Assembly: GCA_964188305.1 (NCBI GenBank) | Contig: OZ076886.1 | From: Podarcis bocagei | Taxonomy: Eukaryota | Reading direction: 5' to 3' (one strand) | Length of the DNA: 64,000 nt | In this document: positions 13,501 to 24,780 of the stretch, one piece after another | Layout of the letters: each line of letters begins with the position of its first letter | Position numbering within the stretch: position 1 is the stretch's first letter | Translations under genes and position numbers: made by a program | The notes under the pieces: model-generated | What the model saw: only the letters and a program-made list of their open reading frames with translations | What the model was told of the DNA's origin: nothing | Databases searched by the model: none

Positions 13501-16500
13501 AAATAGTAATGTATGTTTCAACAACACAACACACACTACAACTATAAGAAATACATTGAGATGTGCTGAAACAGCTGGGTATACCTATACTGTTCACTAA
13601 TATCTTTCTTTATGTTTCTATCAAGCTAAACAAATGGCCCAGGGAATGGAAACTGGTTACTGGACAATGAACAAACAGCAAAATGGCATGTGAAATTCAG
13701 TGTTAAGTGCAAAGTGATGCACAGTGAATTTTTAAAAGGGTATCTTCACAAGAGGAAGTCAAAATTGTCTGACTATCCAAGACAGATCTTGGGGAGTTCT
13801 TATGGAAAGCTCCTGGAAGAATCAACTCAATGAGCTGCAGCAATGCAAAGGGTAAACTATATCAAATTATTATGGAAGTACTGAAAATAGTAAGAATCAG
13901 AGTATTATTCAAGTTTGCAACAAGGCCATATTTAAAGGCATGTTTTTGACTCATCTCAAAAACGGTATCAAAACTGCAGAAGGTAAAGATATGAGCATCT
14001 GTGATCACAGAGTTGAATCTCCTACGAGGTTGGGAGAAGCTAAAGAGTTAAAGGTTTTTAGCAAATAAAAGGAATTAAAGTTCAGAGGGCTGTCAGTTTA
14101 CATAGGCTTACTTCAAACTAAGCCAACTAATGGGCATAGTGTGAATGTGCTGTCTACAGAGTCTCTGTCTCTGTCATGATGTATTAGCTAAGATTCCTGC
14201 ATTGTAGGGGGTTGGACGAGATGTCCCTTGGGGTACCTTCCAACTCTAAGATTACATGAGAGGTGGTTTCAGCCACTTTCCTGCTGCTGCACTGCACAGG
14301 GCTAAGCCTCACGCATCCATACTAAGTTACAAAAACCAGCTCATAATATGTAGATAATACTAGAGCTTGGGACTTAAAAGAGTAGATTTTAGAGTATAGT
14401 ATTTATTTACCCAATTAATGTGTTATGGAATTCACTGTCACATGATGCAGTGATGACTATCAGCTTTAGATGGCTTTAAAACAGGAATTATCACTAATTT
14501 GTTGAATACTGGCAAGAAAACTGGAAGGAAAGAAAATAAAGCTGATGATCTTAGATATAATATTTTCAGTTTTCAGAGACATCTGGCTAGTCACTGCTTC
14601 TAAGGAAGATACATGAATGCTACAATACTATCTCCCCTAAGGCGTTAATATTGATACAAGTTTTTGAGTTCAAATTAATTTTAGCCGGTTGCATCTACAG
14701 TGGTACCTTGGGTTACGAACATAATTTGTTCCAGAAGTCCATTCTTAACCTGAAGCATTCTTAACCCGAGGCGCGCATTCCCTACGTAGGCCTACTGCGG
14801 CCCTGGAAGTGGATTGCGTTCATATTCCGGGGTAAGGTTCGCAACTCGGGACACCTACTTCCAGGTTTGTAAGTTTGTAACCCGAAGCATTCGTAAGCAG
14901 GAATGTTCGTAACCCGAGGTACCACTGTAATGGCCTCCATAGAAGATCAGAATGGAATTCCTACCCACTCCCCAATCCCTCATAACAATCCCTCATAACT
15001 TTCAAGTGGAAAGTTAATATAGGCCTGCCAAATGAATTAAACCCTACCTTTCCTCTTTAGATCTTCATTGCTTCTCTCATGCTCCTTTAAAAAAAGGGAG
15101 AGAGGGATTACACACAGTAATTAATTTTACATCTCTTAAAAGCTCAATGTAAAATATGCTGCATTACAATGTCAGCAATCCAAAACATTCATCACTTTAA
15201 ATGATCACTTCTGAAAATCCAGATACTTTTGAAAAAGTTACTTACACCTTTATCTCTTTCATCTCCTGATTTGTCCTCTCCTTCACCATTATCTGTCAAT
15301 ACACAAGACACCATTCAACTACTGTGAAAAGTTCATTTTATTTTATAGTCAAAACATAGCACTCTTCTGAGATCATTTAAAGTGGAAGTTTGGTTTCCAT
15401 CTGCTGAGAAATTTACTTGCTAGCATATATTTCCCAACTCTTCTCCATATTACTACAGAGATGCAGGCCATTTATTTATTTGGTGAACTGTAACATTGCT
15501 GTAAAGTACTATATTTTATAGTAGCACATCGAAGAAGTAGGATTTATAATGACATATTTAATAAATGATTAGAAGACAAATAGGTTGGTACCAAAGCAAA
15601 GGATGAGAAAAAAGGAGACTAGTCCCTAATGTAACAAAATCAAAACATTACCATTGTCAGAATAACCTCTTTCACTTTCTGTCTTTGTCTGTTTGCTGTC
15701 TGGTTCATCTCCACTTTGGGAATGTTTCCGTTTGCGTAATCCACTTTCAAAATCTGAATGCCCACCAAAACGACCACGGAATGGTCTCCTCTTTGGCTAG
15801 AAAGAAAAAAAGAGCAATACATGCTTGGCCAGTTTGTTGGCACTTGCCAGGAACCCCAGAATGCATTAGTTTCCTGCTATAAATGTCCTCTTTCACAAAA
15901 ATACATTTCCTGCATTTCCTTAGTAAAGAATACAGCCCAACCCATGCACCCAAGGAACACCCATATAGCGCTACCTCACAAGCAGGCATTTTTTCAAACA
16001 GTTCATCTCAGTTCCAATAAAACAAAAACATCACTATTCTGTCAATATCACTTCCAATTATTGCAATGAAAAATAAAAATAAATGGTGTTATATTAAACA
16101 TCTACATAAAAATAAGACCATCTTCTCTTGTTAATCCCTGAACCAATCTGATGATTTACAACTACTGAAACAGCTATAAATGTAAGAGTTCCTAAGGTTA
16201 GTGTGCTAAACTTACTCTGCCACGTGATCTGTTGAAGCCATAGGGCATGTTCCCAGGAAACCTTCCCATTCCCATTCCTTGCATCCCCATCATGCCGTAA
16301 TCATAATCCCCATAGTTGCCATAGTCTCCGTAGTCTCCATAATCGCCATAATCTCTATACTCTGGGACGAGTGCTTGGGAAAATAGTGATGGAAGCCGGT
16401 TGGGTCCAGGTCCTTCCATATTCCTTCCACCCATGTAATTCATCTCATTCCATTGTGCAGACATCCGTTCTGTACTTGATGGCATGAAGTGGTCACGATT

Positions 16501-19500
16501 GAAAGTGTTTGGGTGCCCTCGATTCTGGGCCCTCCCTCTGGCAAAGCCATAGTTGTTTCCTCTGTTGCGGGGCTGATCTCTGCGGTCACCAACATCATCA
16601 TAGCGGCTTCCAAAAGAATCATTCCGATCTGATCCAACTTCATTATAGTCATAGCTGGTTCTGTACAGGTCATGATCAGGCACGGATGCTCTAGAATCAT
16701 AGGACTCGTAAGACTCAAATCTGAAAGAGCTGTATTACAAGCAAAGAATTCAGTCAGTAGTTATAGAGGACTTGACAGGTAGTCTGAACAGACTTGGCAC
16801 AGATATAAATTTGCATGCTGGAGGCCCTCTGAAAGTTTATTTGCTTCTCTACAAAGAAGGGGAAATAGCTTAGTGGTGGAGTACATGCTTTGCATGCAGA
16901 AGGTTCCAAAGTTTGGAATCTCCAGGTAAAAAAAGACAAGTAAAAGGACTGAGAATGACCTTTACCAAAGAGCCTGGAGAGCTACACCTATTCAGAGAAG
17001 ACAACACTGAACTAGATAGATCAATGATCTGACTCTGCATAAAACAACTTTATATGTTCACTGTATTGGAATAAGGAGCAACACATTCTACAACAAAAGT
17101 AGAAGGAAACAATCTATATTTGTTAGACAGCCAGGGACCCTTACAAATTATGAAAGCTATATAACATGTATTTTCTATGTGGTTTCAAGGCACTATTATG
17201 AAAACCCTGTTTGAAAATCTCTTGTGGTACACATCTGATAGCTGATGCCTCAACAACAGAAGGCAGTAGACCCTCTCTTCAACAGGTTGCCTTCTCTTGC
17301 ATGAAAGCTTTGTCATCAGAAACTATAGCATTTGTTTAACTATACCAATGTTAAACTACTATCTACATATCAAGTAATCAATATTGTTCTACCAGTTCTT
17401 GTTTTTAACAAATTAAGGTTCAATTGAGAACTAGAAATATGTTTTTCAGAGATGAGGAGAATCTTTAGTTTACCTTCCCTGATCTTCCATGCCTTCCCCA
17501 GGACCACTGCCTTCCTTTGACAGCATATCCAGACGCTGGTTTATTTTTGCTATAATGGAGTCAGAGTTTTCTGTGCCCACTGACCCACTACCGTAATTTA
17601 CAACTGGCATGCGAGAGCCCATCTCAGCACTCATTGTCATGTCGGTAGCTTTAGGAGCGTCCCAAGTAGTTGCAGCAACACTGGCAGCATCATAGTTGTA
17701 TGGGGCAGCTGTAGTAGAGCTGTTGGTTTGGGCACTGTAATAATCATAGCCTTCATAGCCTGGAAAAAAGGAAAGACAATAGTACAGTAAAAAGGGGGGC
17801 TCTGAGTTTCAAGGGTCAATCTTATCTATGGAAACCATCACCACAGCCAACACTCACACTCAGACACACTTGAAAACAACTGTCAGATACCAACATTAAT
17901 AGGCCACCACTGTCCACTGCCACAAGACCAATGAAGAGTTATTGCTTTAGTCATGTGCCCACAATTAAAGAGGTGGAGATTTTAGGTGTGTTATTATCAT
18001 TTTTCTTCTATAAAAGCAAATTTAACCCACCCCATGTTCCTTGGAAGAAGAACAGTATAAAAGTTAAAAACATTACATGACCTATATCACACACTGTTTT
18101 GTATACTACAAGCTTAATTCTGCAGCAAAATTTTGCAGATTATTTCTGTGTGTATGTGTTTCACCTGAGTTTGTGGCTGATGAGGCTGTTTGCTCAGGAT
18201 TGAAGGGGTTAATTCTCTATTTGTGGCAGAATGGTACCTGAATATATTCTCATCAGGACAGAAACATGTCCATGACTGCCTAAAGCTCTGATTTCGTCAG
18301 AAGAGGTCAAGGCCCCCCTCACTATCCCCCTTCTGCAGCTCCCCGCCTATACTCCCTTCAGCTTTGCTTCATTTGTCTATTAGCAGCTATATTAAAATCT
18401 TGGATTTCTCCAATGATTTCTATGAAAGGCTCTCATTTCCAACCCTGGGTCTAATTAAGAATAATTTTCCAATGTGTGGATAGGTTATTACCCCGGTTTA
18501 CAATGAAATGGTTCTTTGTGGTTTTTCTTTTTTTGATGTATTTTATGTTAGAAATAAAATAAATTTCAAAAAAAAAAAAGAAAAAAGAAATGGTTCTTTG
18601 TGCTGTTTTTGTATCTATATATCTCTTCCTCCTCCCCTTTCTCTCCATCCACTGGACGTAGAAGGGAAAGAAGGAGAATGGGAGAAAAGTATAAATATAA
18701 TGCTCAGCTTCCACTCTCCCTAATTCCTACTAAACTTCCCTTCTCTCTCAGTTAGCCTCTCTTGCATTCCTGCCAGTTTTGAAGCCTCCCTTCACCAGCC
18801 ACTTCCATTCCTTCTTCCTCCAATCCGCACAGTCAACTTTTAAGATTCTGTAACTACTAAGCATGCTCAGCCTTCACTGGGCCTTTTCAGGGATCCACCC
18901 AGATAGTTTTGATTTTTTAAATATGTCTGTGCTTTTGCAAACCTCTGGGTTCCCCTAAGCATGCTGATACTGAATGGCCCTTTTTTGGCTACAAAGTTGT
19001 TGTAACTCTGGAGCCAAGTTCGGCTTTAGGAGGAGTGATGCAAATTCACACACTAACTTATATAATGCCTCTAAATGTTCCAGTCAGTTATTCTTGTTAA
19101 TTCTGAGAAAATTGGCAAAATACTTAAGACAGTACTGCAAATAAAACACATACCTTGCCAACTTGCTGGATTTGTTGAATAGCCACCTTTTAAAGAGACA
19201 AAAGTTTACTTTTACATTAAACACGACAATCAAAGCGATGTTAACACAACACAGATTAAGTTCTTTCACAAGGCAAGCAATTTAAAACAATTTTCAATGA
19301 ATTAATTTTTTGACAGCAACACAGTAAAACACAAGTGATGTGCTAAAGAGTTAAGTACAGATATATAGGCAATATCCACCATCATACCAGAGGATTTCCC
19401 CTTCCTCTCCTCTACCTGCAGCTACTCACACCTCTCAAACTACTCTAGAATTACCCAACTCTCTGGAGCAGATTTCAGAAGTGCATGGGGGCTGCAGAGG

Positions 19501-21372
19501 GGGAGGAAAGGGGAAATTAGTTGCCCAAATAGCTAAAACTATTGGACATCTCCTATACAAAATAAAATCCTCTCAATATATTGTCCCCAAAGTAGAAGTT
19601 CAAGGCTGCTCAGGACCTTTAAAAAAATATTATTTGTGACCCATGCTTAAGAGAAGCATATTTATTTATAAACACACTTATGCTCAACATTCTTAAGGTT
19701 ATCTTCTATTTCTTTTCTAAACTTTTTATTTTAGGAGATCATGACTTACCTTGAGTACTGGTGGCCTCAGTACCCCAGGAACTATAATCTGTAAGAGAAA
19801 TATTGACTCATTAACTCACACACATTAACTTCTCCCCTCCCAGACTCTCTTAACTACTTTCACATACAGCAGCTGTAATTTGAGTGAAAATGTGACTACT
19901 CAAACATGCCAATTTACAGTAGTTAGTGGTTTGCTGTGAAAGCACCAATCTCATCCATTTTGCCTGCCTTCTCCAGCACACAAGGGAAACAAACTATGAT
20001 CAGTAAGCCAGGGACAAACTGTGGGTGAAGACAGTGGCTTGTTTGGAGCAAAACAAACCACAGCTCCCAGTTCAGACATACCGCTAAGCTAGGGGTTTTG
20101 TTTCACATTTAAAGATGACAAAATTATCATATTCACAGTAAACCACCCCTAATCTTCAGACCCTGCCCGTTGCACATTCTGCAGATGATACCAGACTGTA
20201 TGCGCACCCTGTTGCATCCAACAAAATTAGGAAAGGAACTAAAAGTAAAACTACCACCCCATAATGCTGTTTTATACAAATCTATGGTGGGACTGCCTTT
20301 GGAATACCGTGCATAGATCTGGTAGCCTCATCTCAAAAAACGATATTGTAGATTTGGAAAAGGTTCAGAAAACACAACCAAAATGATTAAAGGGATGGAG
20401 TGAAAGGTTGCAACATTTGGAACATTTTACTTTAGGGAAACGATGATTAAGAGTTGACATGATACAAGCTTATAAAATTACAAATGGCATGGAGAAAGGG
20501 GATAGAGAAAAGTTTTTCTCCCTCTTTCGTAACTCTAGAACTCATGGACATCCAATGAAGCTGAATGTTGGAAGATTCAGGACAGACAAAAAGTACTTCT
20601 TCACTTAGCTAAAACTATGGAAGGCACTTCCACGGGAAAGAAGAGACGGCTGCGAACTTGGATGGCTTAAAAACAACGACGAGGTAAGTTCATGGAAGAT
20701 AAGCCTGTTGACAGGGAGTGACTAGCTACAGTTGCACAGGCTTTTTAACAGGCGGACGCCTCCCCAGGCGTCGATTGCATAGCAGGAAAAAGGATTCACT
20801 TGCTACCTACAGGGATGGCAGAGGCGTTAAAGACACAGGAGTCCTGCCAGGGAGGGGGAAGCTGTTGGCAACTCTTAATAGAGATGTGGAAACGACTTCT
20901 CTATATGGACCAAGCGCTAAGCCCAGGAAGCTGCGGGTGTCTGTAGGAGGGGGCAGGCCGGCTACAAAAGTTAAACCCCCACCCCCGGGGGAAGAGGGGA
21001 AGAGGCGGCACCCCGCGCAAAGAATGGGGTGCAGGAACCGGGCGCTGGCGCAGAGGAAAGGGGTCGCCTCGACGCCATTTTGTGTCGTCTTCGGAAAAAG
21101 GGTCTAGTCCCGCCTTCCTCGCAGACCGCGGAGATTAGAAAGAGGCGCTCCATTCGCCAGGCCAATCTCCGAGAGGGGCAGCGCCGATGGCCAATCAACG
21201 CCGCCCGTGTCTCGCGGAGGCGGTAGAGAGCCACCAGGCCTAGTCGGTGCGAAAAGCCACCACGGTGAGGTAAACAGCCCTATCCCGAGCGAAGCCTAAC
21301 CCGCGTTTGCCGGGTTTCCCGCTCCCTTCCCCCGCCCGTGCAGCGCCAGCTCTCACCATAGCCCTGATCCAT
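4096..21372 (-). CDS. AKAP8: A-kinase anchor protein 8 (AKAP95), complete gene, 14 coding exons, ~706 aa
   Basis: complement join(21357-21372,19750-19788,19154-19186,17474-17759,16216-16729,15652-15796,15246-15292,15048-15084,12802-12901,11326-11467,10659-10752,9963-10093,7883-7978,4096-4536) = 2121 nt. All introns GT-AG with consistent phases. Starts MDQGYDYSSWG; two AKAP95-type zinc fingers (CSVCKFRSF...HLQSKFH; CMACDMLIP...HLRSVDH); lies next to AKAP8L and WIZ. Confidence 0.95.
5790..6950 (+). mobile_element. Decayed L2/CR1-clade LINE, reverse-transcriptase fragment
   Basis: ORF 5833-6384 contains [20 protein letters not shown]...G..G.ALEWF, a LINE RT motif; frameshifted; boundaries approximate. 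Confidence 0.8.
7883..7978 (-). CDS. AKAP8: AKAP8 exon 13
   Basis: [32 protein letters not shown]|GTAAGT. Confidence 0.95.
9963..10093 (-). CDS. AKAP8: AKAP8 exon 12 (zinc finger 2)
   Basis: [44 protein letters not shown]. Confidence 0.96.
10495..10615 (+). mobile_element. CR1 3' end remnant
   Basis: GGTGGTGGACTCACCTTCAATGGAGATTTTTAAGCAG motif. Confidence 0.55.
10659..10752 (-). CDS. AKAP8: AKAP8 exon 11
   Basis: [31 protein letters not shown]|GTAAGT. Confidence 0.93.
11054..11189. mobile_element. hAT-type palindromic MITE (136 bp)
   Basis: TIR CAGGCTTCCTCAACCTC / GAGGTTGAGGAAGCCTG, perfect 8-bp TSD ACCTAGTT; decayed relatives near 31320, 33070 and 36005. Confidence 0.9.
11326..11467 (-). 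CDS. AKAP8: AKAP8 exon 10 (zinc finger 1)
   Basis: [29 protein letters not shown]...VEFLQ, canonical splice sites. Confidence 0.96.
12802..12901 (-). CDS. AKAP8: AKAP8 exon 9
   Basis: CTGTAG|[34 protein letters not shown]|GTAACT. Confidence 0.92.
13660..14500 (+). mobile_element. Fragmented CR1 LINE pieces
   Basis: AAATGGCATGTGAAATTCAGTGTTAAGTGCAAAGTGATGCAC and CR1-type 3' end GGGTTGGACGAGATGTCCCTTGGGGTACCTTCCAACTCTAAGATT (14200-14255). Confidence 0.6.
14698..14927. mobile_element. Tc1/mariner-type MITE
   Basis: TA|CAGTGGTACCTTGGGTTACGAAC...GTTCGTAACCCGAGGTACCACTG|TA. Confidence 0.88.
15048..15084 (-). CDS. AKAP8: AKAP8 exon 8 (37 nt)
   Basis: TTTAAAG|[12 protein letters not shown]|GTAGGG, phase 0-1, restores frame into exon 9. 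Confidence 0.75.
15246..15292 (-). CDS. AKAP8: AKAP8 exon 7 (47 nt)
   Basis: GACAG|[16 protein letters not shown]|GTAAGT, phase 1-0. Confidence 0.82.
15652..15796 (-). CDS. AKAP8: AKAP8 exon 6 (basic NLS-like PKRR...RKRK)
   Basis: TTCTAG|[12 protein letters not shown]...[16 protein letters not shown]...|GTAATG. Confidence 0.9.
16216..16729 (-). CDS. AKAP8: AKAP8 exon 5 (Tyr/Gly/Arg-rich low-complexity region)
   Basis: TACAG|[13 protein letters not shown]...DLYRTSYDY...[10 protein letters not shown]...|GTAAGT; overlaps ORF 16198-16683. Confidence 0.93.
17474..17759 (-). CDS. AKAP8: AKAP8 exon 4
   Basis: TTCCAG|[11 protein letters not shown]...[18 protein letters not shown]...|GTAAAC. Confidence 0.92.
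18521..18586 (+). mobile_element. 66-bp 5'-truncated retro-insertion with polyA tail
   Basis: 16-bp TSD GAAATGGTTCTTTGTG at 18505-18520 and 18587-18602; AATAAA followed by A-tail. Confidence 0.8.
19154..19186 (-). CDS. AKAP8: AKAP8 exon 3 (33 nt)
   Basis: AAAG|[11 protein letters not shown]|GTATGT, phase 1-1. Confidence 0.85.
19750..19788 (-). CDS. AKAP8: AKAP8 exon 2 (39 nt)
   Basis: TTACAG|...[13 protein letters not shown]...|GTAAGT, phase 1-1. Confidence 0.88.
20220..20705 (+). mobile_element. CR1 LINE 3' ORF2 fragment
   Basis: Decayed frame [37 protein letters not shown], typical of the CR1 ORF2 end. Confidence 0.8.
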
Positions 21373-21700
21373 GGCTTCCCTCTCCGTCAACCTGCGACCA
21401 CGCAGAGTAACCTATACCCTCACTGCGCGAGCGTTGGAGCCCACCGCGGATTGGCTCCTCTTGCGGACTTCTGAGTTTCTATTGGTTGCGATCTCAAAGT
21501 CCTGCCCATTCGTGTTTCCCGTGAGCAGCTCGTACTCCCGCCTCGCCGCGTGAAATCCCTTCCCATTGGCCTGGCTTCTTAAAGCGACCGAGATGGCTCC
21601 TTTAAGAGAATTTTCCGGTTCCTGCTTAAATTGGTGAGAGGCAACGGTGGAAGGAAACAACGCGGTGTATTATGAGCTTATATGAAGTGGCCGCGGGGAG
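20930..21700 (-). promoter_or_regulatory. AKAP8 CpG-island promoter with CCAAT boxes, YY1 and ETS motifs
   Basis: CpG-rich stretch around exon 1. ATTGG at 21450, 21481, 21565, 21630; CCAAT at 21162, 21191; CGCCATTTT at 21073; TTCCGG at 21613. Confidence 0.8.
21357..21372 (-). CDS. AKAP8: AKAP8 exon 1 (coding part, MDQGY)
   Basis: GCCATGG Kozak context, ATG GAT CAG GGC TAT G|GTGAGA, inside CpG island. Confidence 0.9.
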
Positions 21701-24457
21701 ATGATCTCGTTTGTTGCAGTGCTGTGAAATAACTCTTCGCTCACACACAAAAAAGAAAGCAGCTGCAAGAGGGTGACTTATTTCCCCACCACCCTAGCAA
21801 AGACCTGCACTTTTCAATGCATGTTGCAGATGAAAAATGATATAGATGTTACACTCCTGTCCCTTTCGCAATGATTTTTTGTTGCAAAATCTAGTTTGGT
21901 ATCGTGCTTTAAAAATGCTCTCTCTAAACTAGGACAATACTCCTTGTTAAAAGACTGGTTTGTAATTTAACTCCTACAGCCTTTCGCTGTCGTGGAATTA
22001 GGTAGGCACCTGCTGAATTTCTAGGCATGTTTTTCTAAACTGGCGAAACAGTCTTGTGGCACCTTAAATACGAATTAATGTAACACAGCATAAGCTTCTA
22101 TAGGTCACCATCCATACGGAAGTATAAATACATGTTTTATAGTATTTTAATAATACTAGATTCTCTATCATTAAGGTGCACTTTTCCCGACAAGTTTCTG
22201 TGGGTAAAGGGCATAACTATTTCAAAGCACTGCAATGGAAGAGAGCCTCAGATATAATATAATTTGGAATTCTATTAATTTCTATTACAGTTCCAGTACT
22301 CCTGGCCTACCCATTTCTGACAGAATGGGAAGAGAGGTCTGCATGGAACTTTATTTTTAAAAATAGCTGTACATTGCTGAATTGTTTTACAAGGATGCAG
22401 AGACCCCCTCTCAACCTTCTTTCCTGTTTTGGGAACAGAGGAAGATACGTTATATGTCCTGTCCAGTATCATCTACAGTGACTGCAGATCTTCAGGATTT
22501 CAGACAGGAATCCTTCCTCAGTACTACTTGGAAAGGGCAGGTGTTTATCCTGAGGTCATTCTGCATGCAAAACATGTGCTCTAGCACAGCCATTCTTTCA
22601 TTTCCAACAGAGAAACTATCCATAATGCAGCTGTTACAGGCACAAAGATTGTAAACCTGCTGTTGCTCTATTTCCTAATCTTGAGACACACTCACTAAAC
22701 AGTACGGGCCTTGACTGCTAAACCTTTCCACAACCACTTAATGATGACCTGATGGCGAGCCTGAGCTGGAGTATTTGTGTTATATCCAGGTTCTACCCAG
22801 AGTAGATCCCCAGTAATTTATGGCCCTAAATTAGTCTTGCCCATTAATTTCAGTGGGACTGCACAGAGCATCAGTAACATGGGATGCAATCCTAACAGTT
22901 TAACTCATTTGTAACAGCACCAGTACTTACAGAATTTGGTACAATGCAGATCTGTGATAGCACAGCATAGCTATAGTGAAAACCAACTGGTTGAAGAAGC
23001 ACAATTTCCCCAACTATACAGAGAAAAAGCATCAAAGTTTGTGATATCCTTGATAATCATAGTGGTTCAATATTTAATCCTGGGTTTTTCCACCCACTGT
23101 CCAGTGTACTTTGTGCAAATCAGTACATTCATCCTCAGTGATAAGCATGATGAGGGAACAAATGAACAACCATTTATTTGTTATTTGCAACAGCAGAAAT
23201 AAAGAAATAAGTACATTTTTCAGTTATGATGTCCAGTTTTGGAGCTCCCCACTTCTCCCTGTAAATCAGGCATGGTGAGCCTTTTTCAGACAGTGGGCCA
23301 CATTCTAGGAGCAGGTGGGGCCAGAGGCAAAAGTGACTGAAGCAAGGAACATGACTCTTAACCTTTGCCCCCATGTTTGTACAATCCATGATGGCTAGGT
23401 ATGCTCTTTTGTACAAAAAATATTGTGTGATTTGTTCGCCTTAGCAAACAAAATTGATAGAAACTACACTAGGCAGTAGTGGAGGCTGTATATGTAAGTA
23501 GGTTAGACAGCTGCTATGGACCTTGCTCATCTCCTTTGGAAAAGCAGCTGAAGAAATTTAAGCTAAAATGAACGAGGACCTAGAAATTTAGCTGTGAGCA
23601 TGCACAAGCCAATTGCTCCAAAATGAACCTGGCACTTCAGACACAAGTTGATCTCTAGTCTACACGAGAACTAAATTCTATGAAAATAACAAAATCTATG
23701 ATACAGGGAAACACTACAGGACTTACAAAGTAGTTATATATACAGGAGAGTAGATATAGAAATGGAGTCTAGCTTTTCCTGCAGTTTACCAAGTACACAT
23801 TTCAGTGAAAGTAATCACTGCTTTCCAGATTCAGCAGCAGCTTTACAAAATTCCACACACATGGCAAAGCTGCAATTAAAACAAATGCTCTGGCTATTTT
23901 TTAAAATCACTGTCGGGCAATCACAACTTGATTTAGTTTAGTTTTATATAGACAGAACACTGTAATTCATGACAAAGGATAATGAATTCTAAAACCGATG
24001 TACAAAATTGACATTTGGTACAGCAACACAGTCAATAACATTCAAGCAGGAGGCTATTTGGTACATATTTGAAGAGAAAGAAACAGAGACGTACATATAT
24101 CATGAACAATACTAAAGAGAAACAGGTGCCAGGCCCAGACTAAAAGGCTTTTAAGAATTGCATAGATGGGGTAATTTCACCAGGTAGTTTTCCACCTCTG
24201 TTGCAGTGGAAGAAGCTATACATGGTGGAATTTTCCCTGCTGTGAAATTCTTAAATGTTTTCCATGTTTTCTGAGAAGAACCAGGAGTATGGTATAGGTG
24301 AAGAAATGGTATTCATCCCCCTAAAGAGATACAATGTTATGGCATTGTCCTTAATTCACTGTCTAGCTTCGCCTAGAATTTACGGTAAAATCTGATAGTG
24401 GAGCTAACTTCTGAGTAGATACCAAAGTTCAATAGGACTTACTTGGACAAGTGTGTA

Positions 24458-24664
24458 CAGTCATACCTAGGGTTACAGACGCTTCAGGTAGCGTTTTTTC
24501 GGGTTGTGGACCACCGAAACCCAGAAGTACTGGAACGGGTTACTTCCGGGTTTCGGCAATTGCGCATGCGTGCCGAATTGCAACCCGCGCATGTGCAGAC
24601 GCGCCACTGCGGGTTGCAAACGTGCATCCTGCATGGATCACGTTCGCAACCCAAGCGCCCACTG
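24458..24664. mobile_element. Tc1/mariner-type MITE, subfamily B
   Basis: TA|CAGTCATACCT...GCGCCCACTG|TA; reverse complement of the copy at 34230. Confidence 0.85.
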
Positions 24665-24760
24665 TATAGGATTGGAGCGTTAGCTGCCGCCTTACATTTC
24701 CAAAAAGGACCAATCTATCCTCCTTTTCACTAGTAAATAGCAGTAATGGAGTGTGATGGA

Positions 24761-24780
24761 TGAATGAATGAATGAATGAA
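24761..24780. repeat. (TGAA)5 microsatellite
   Basis: Read directly from the sequence. Confidence 0.9.
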
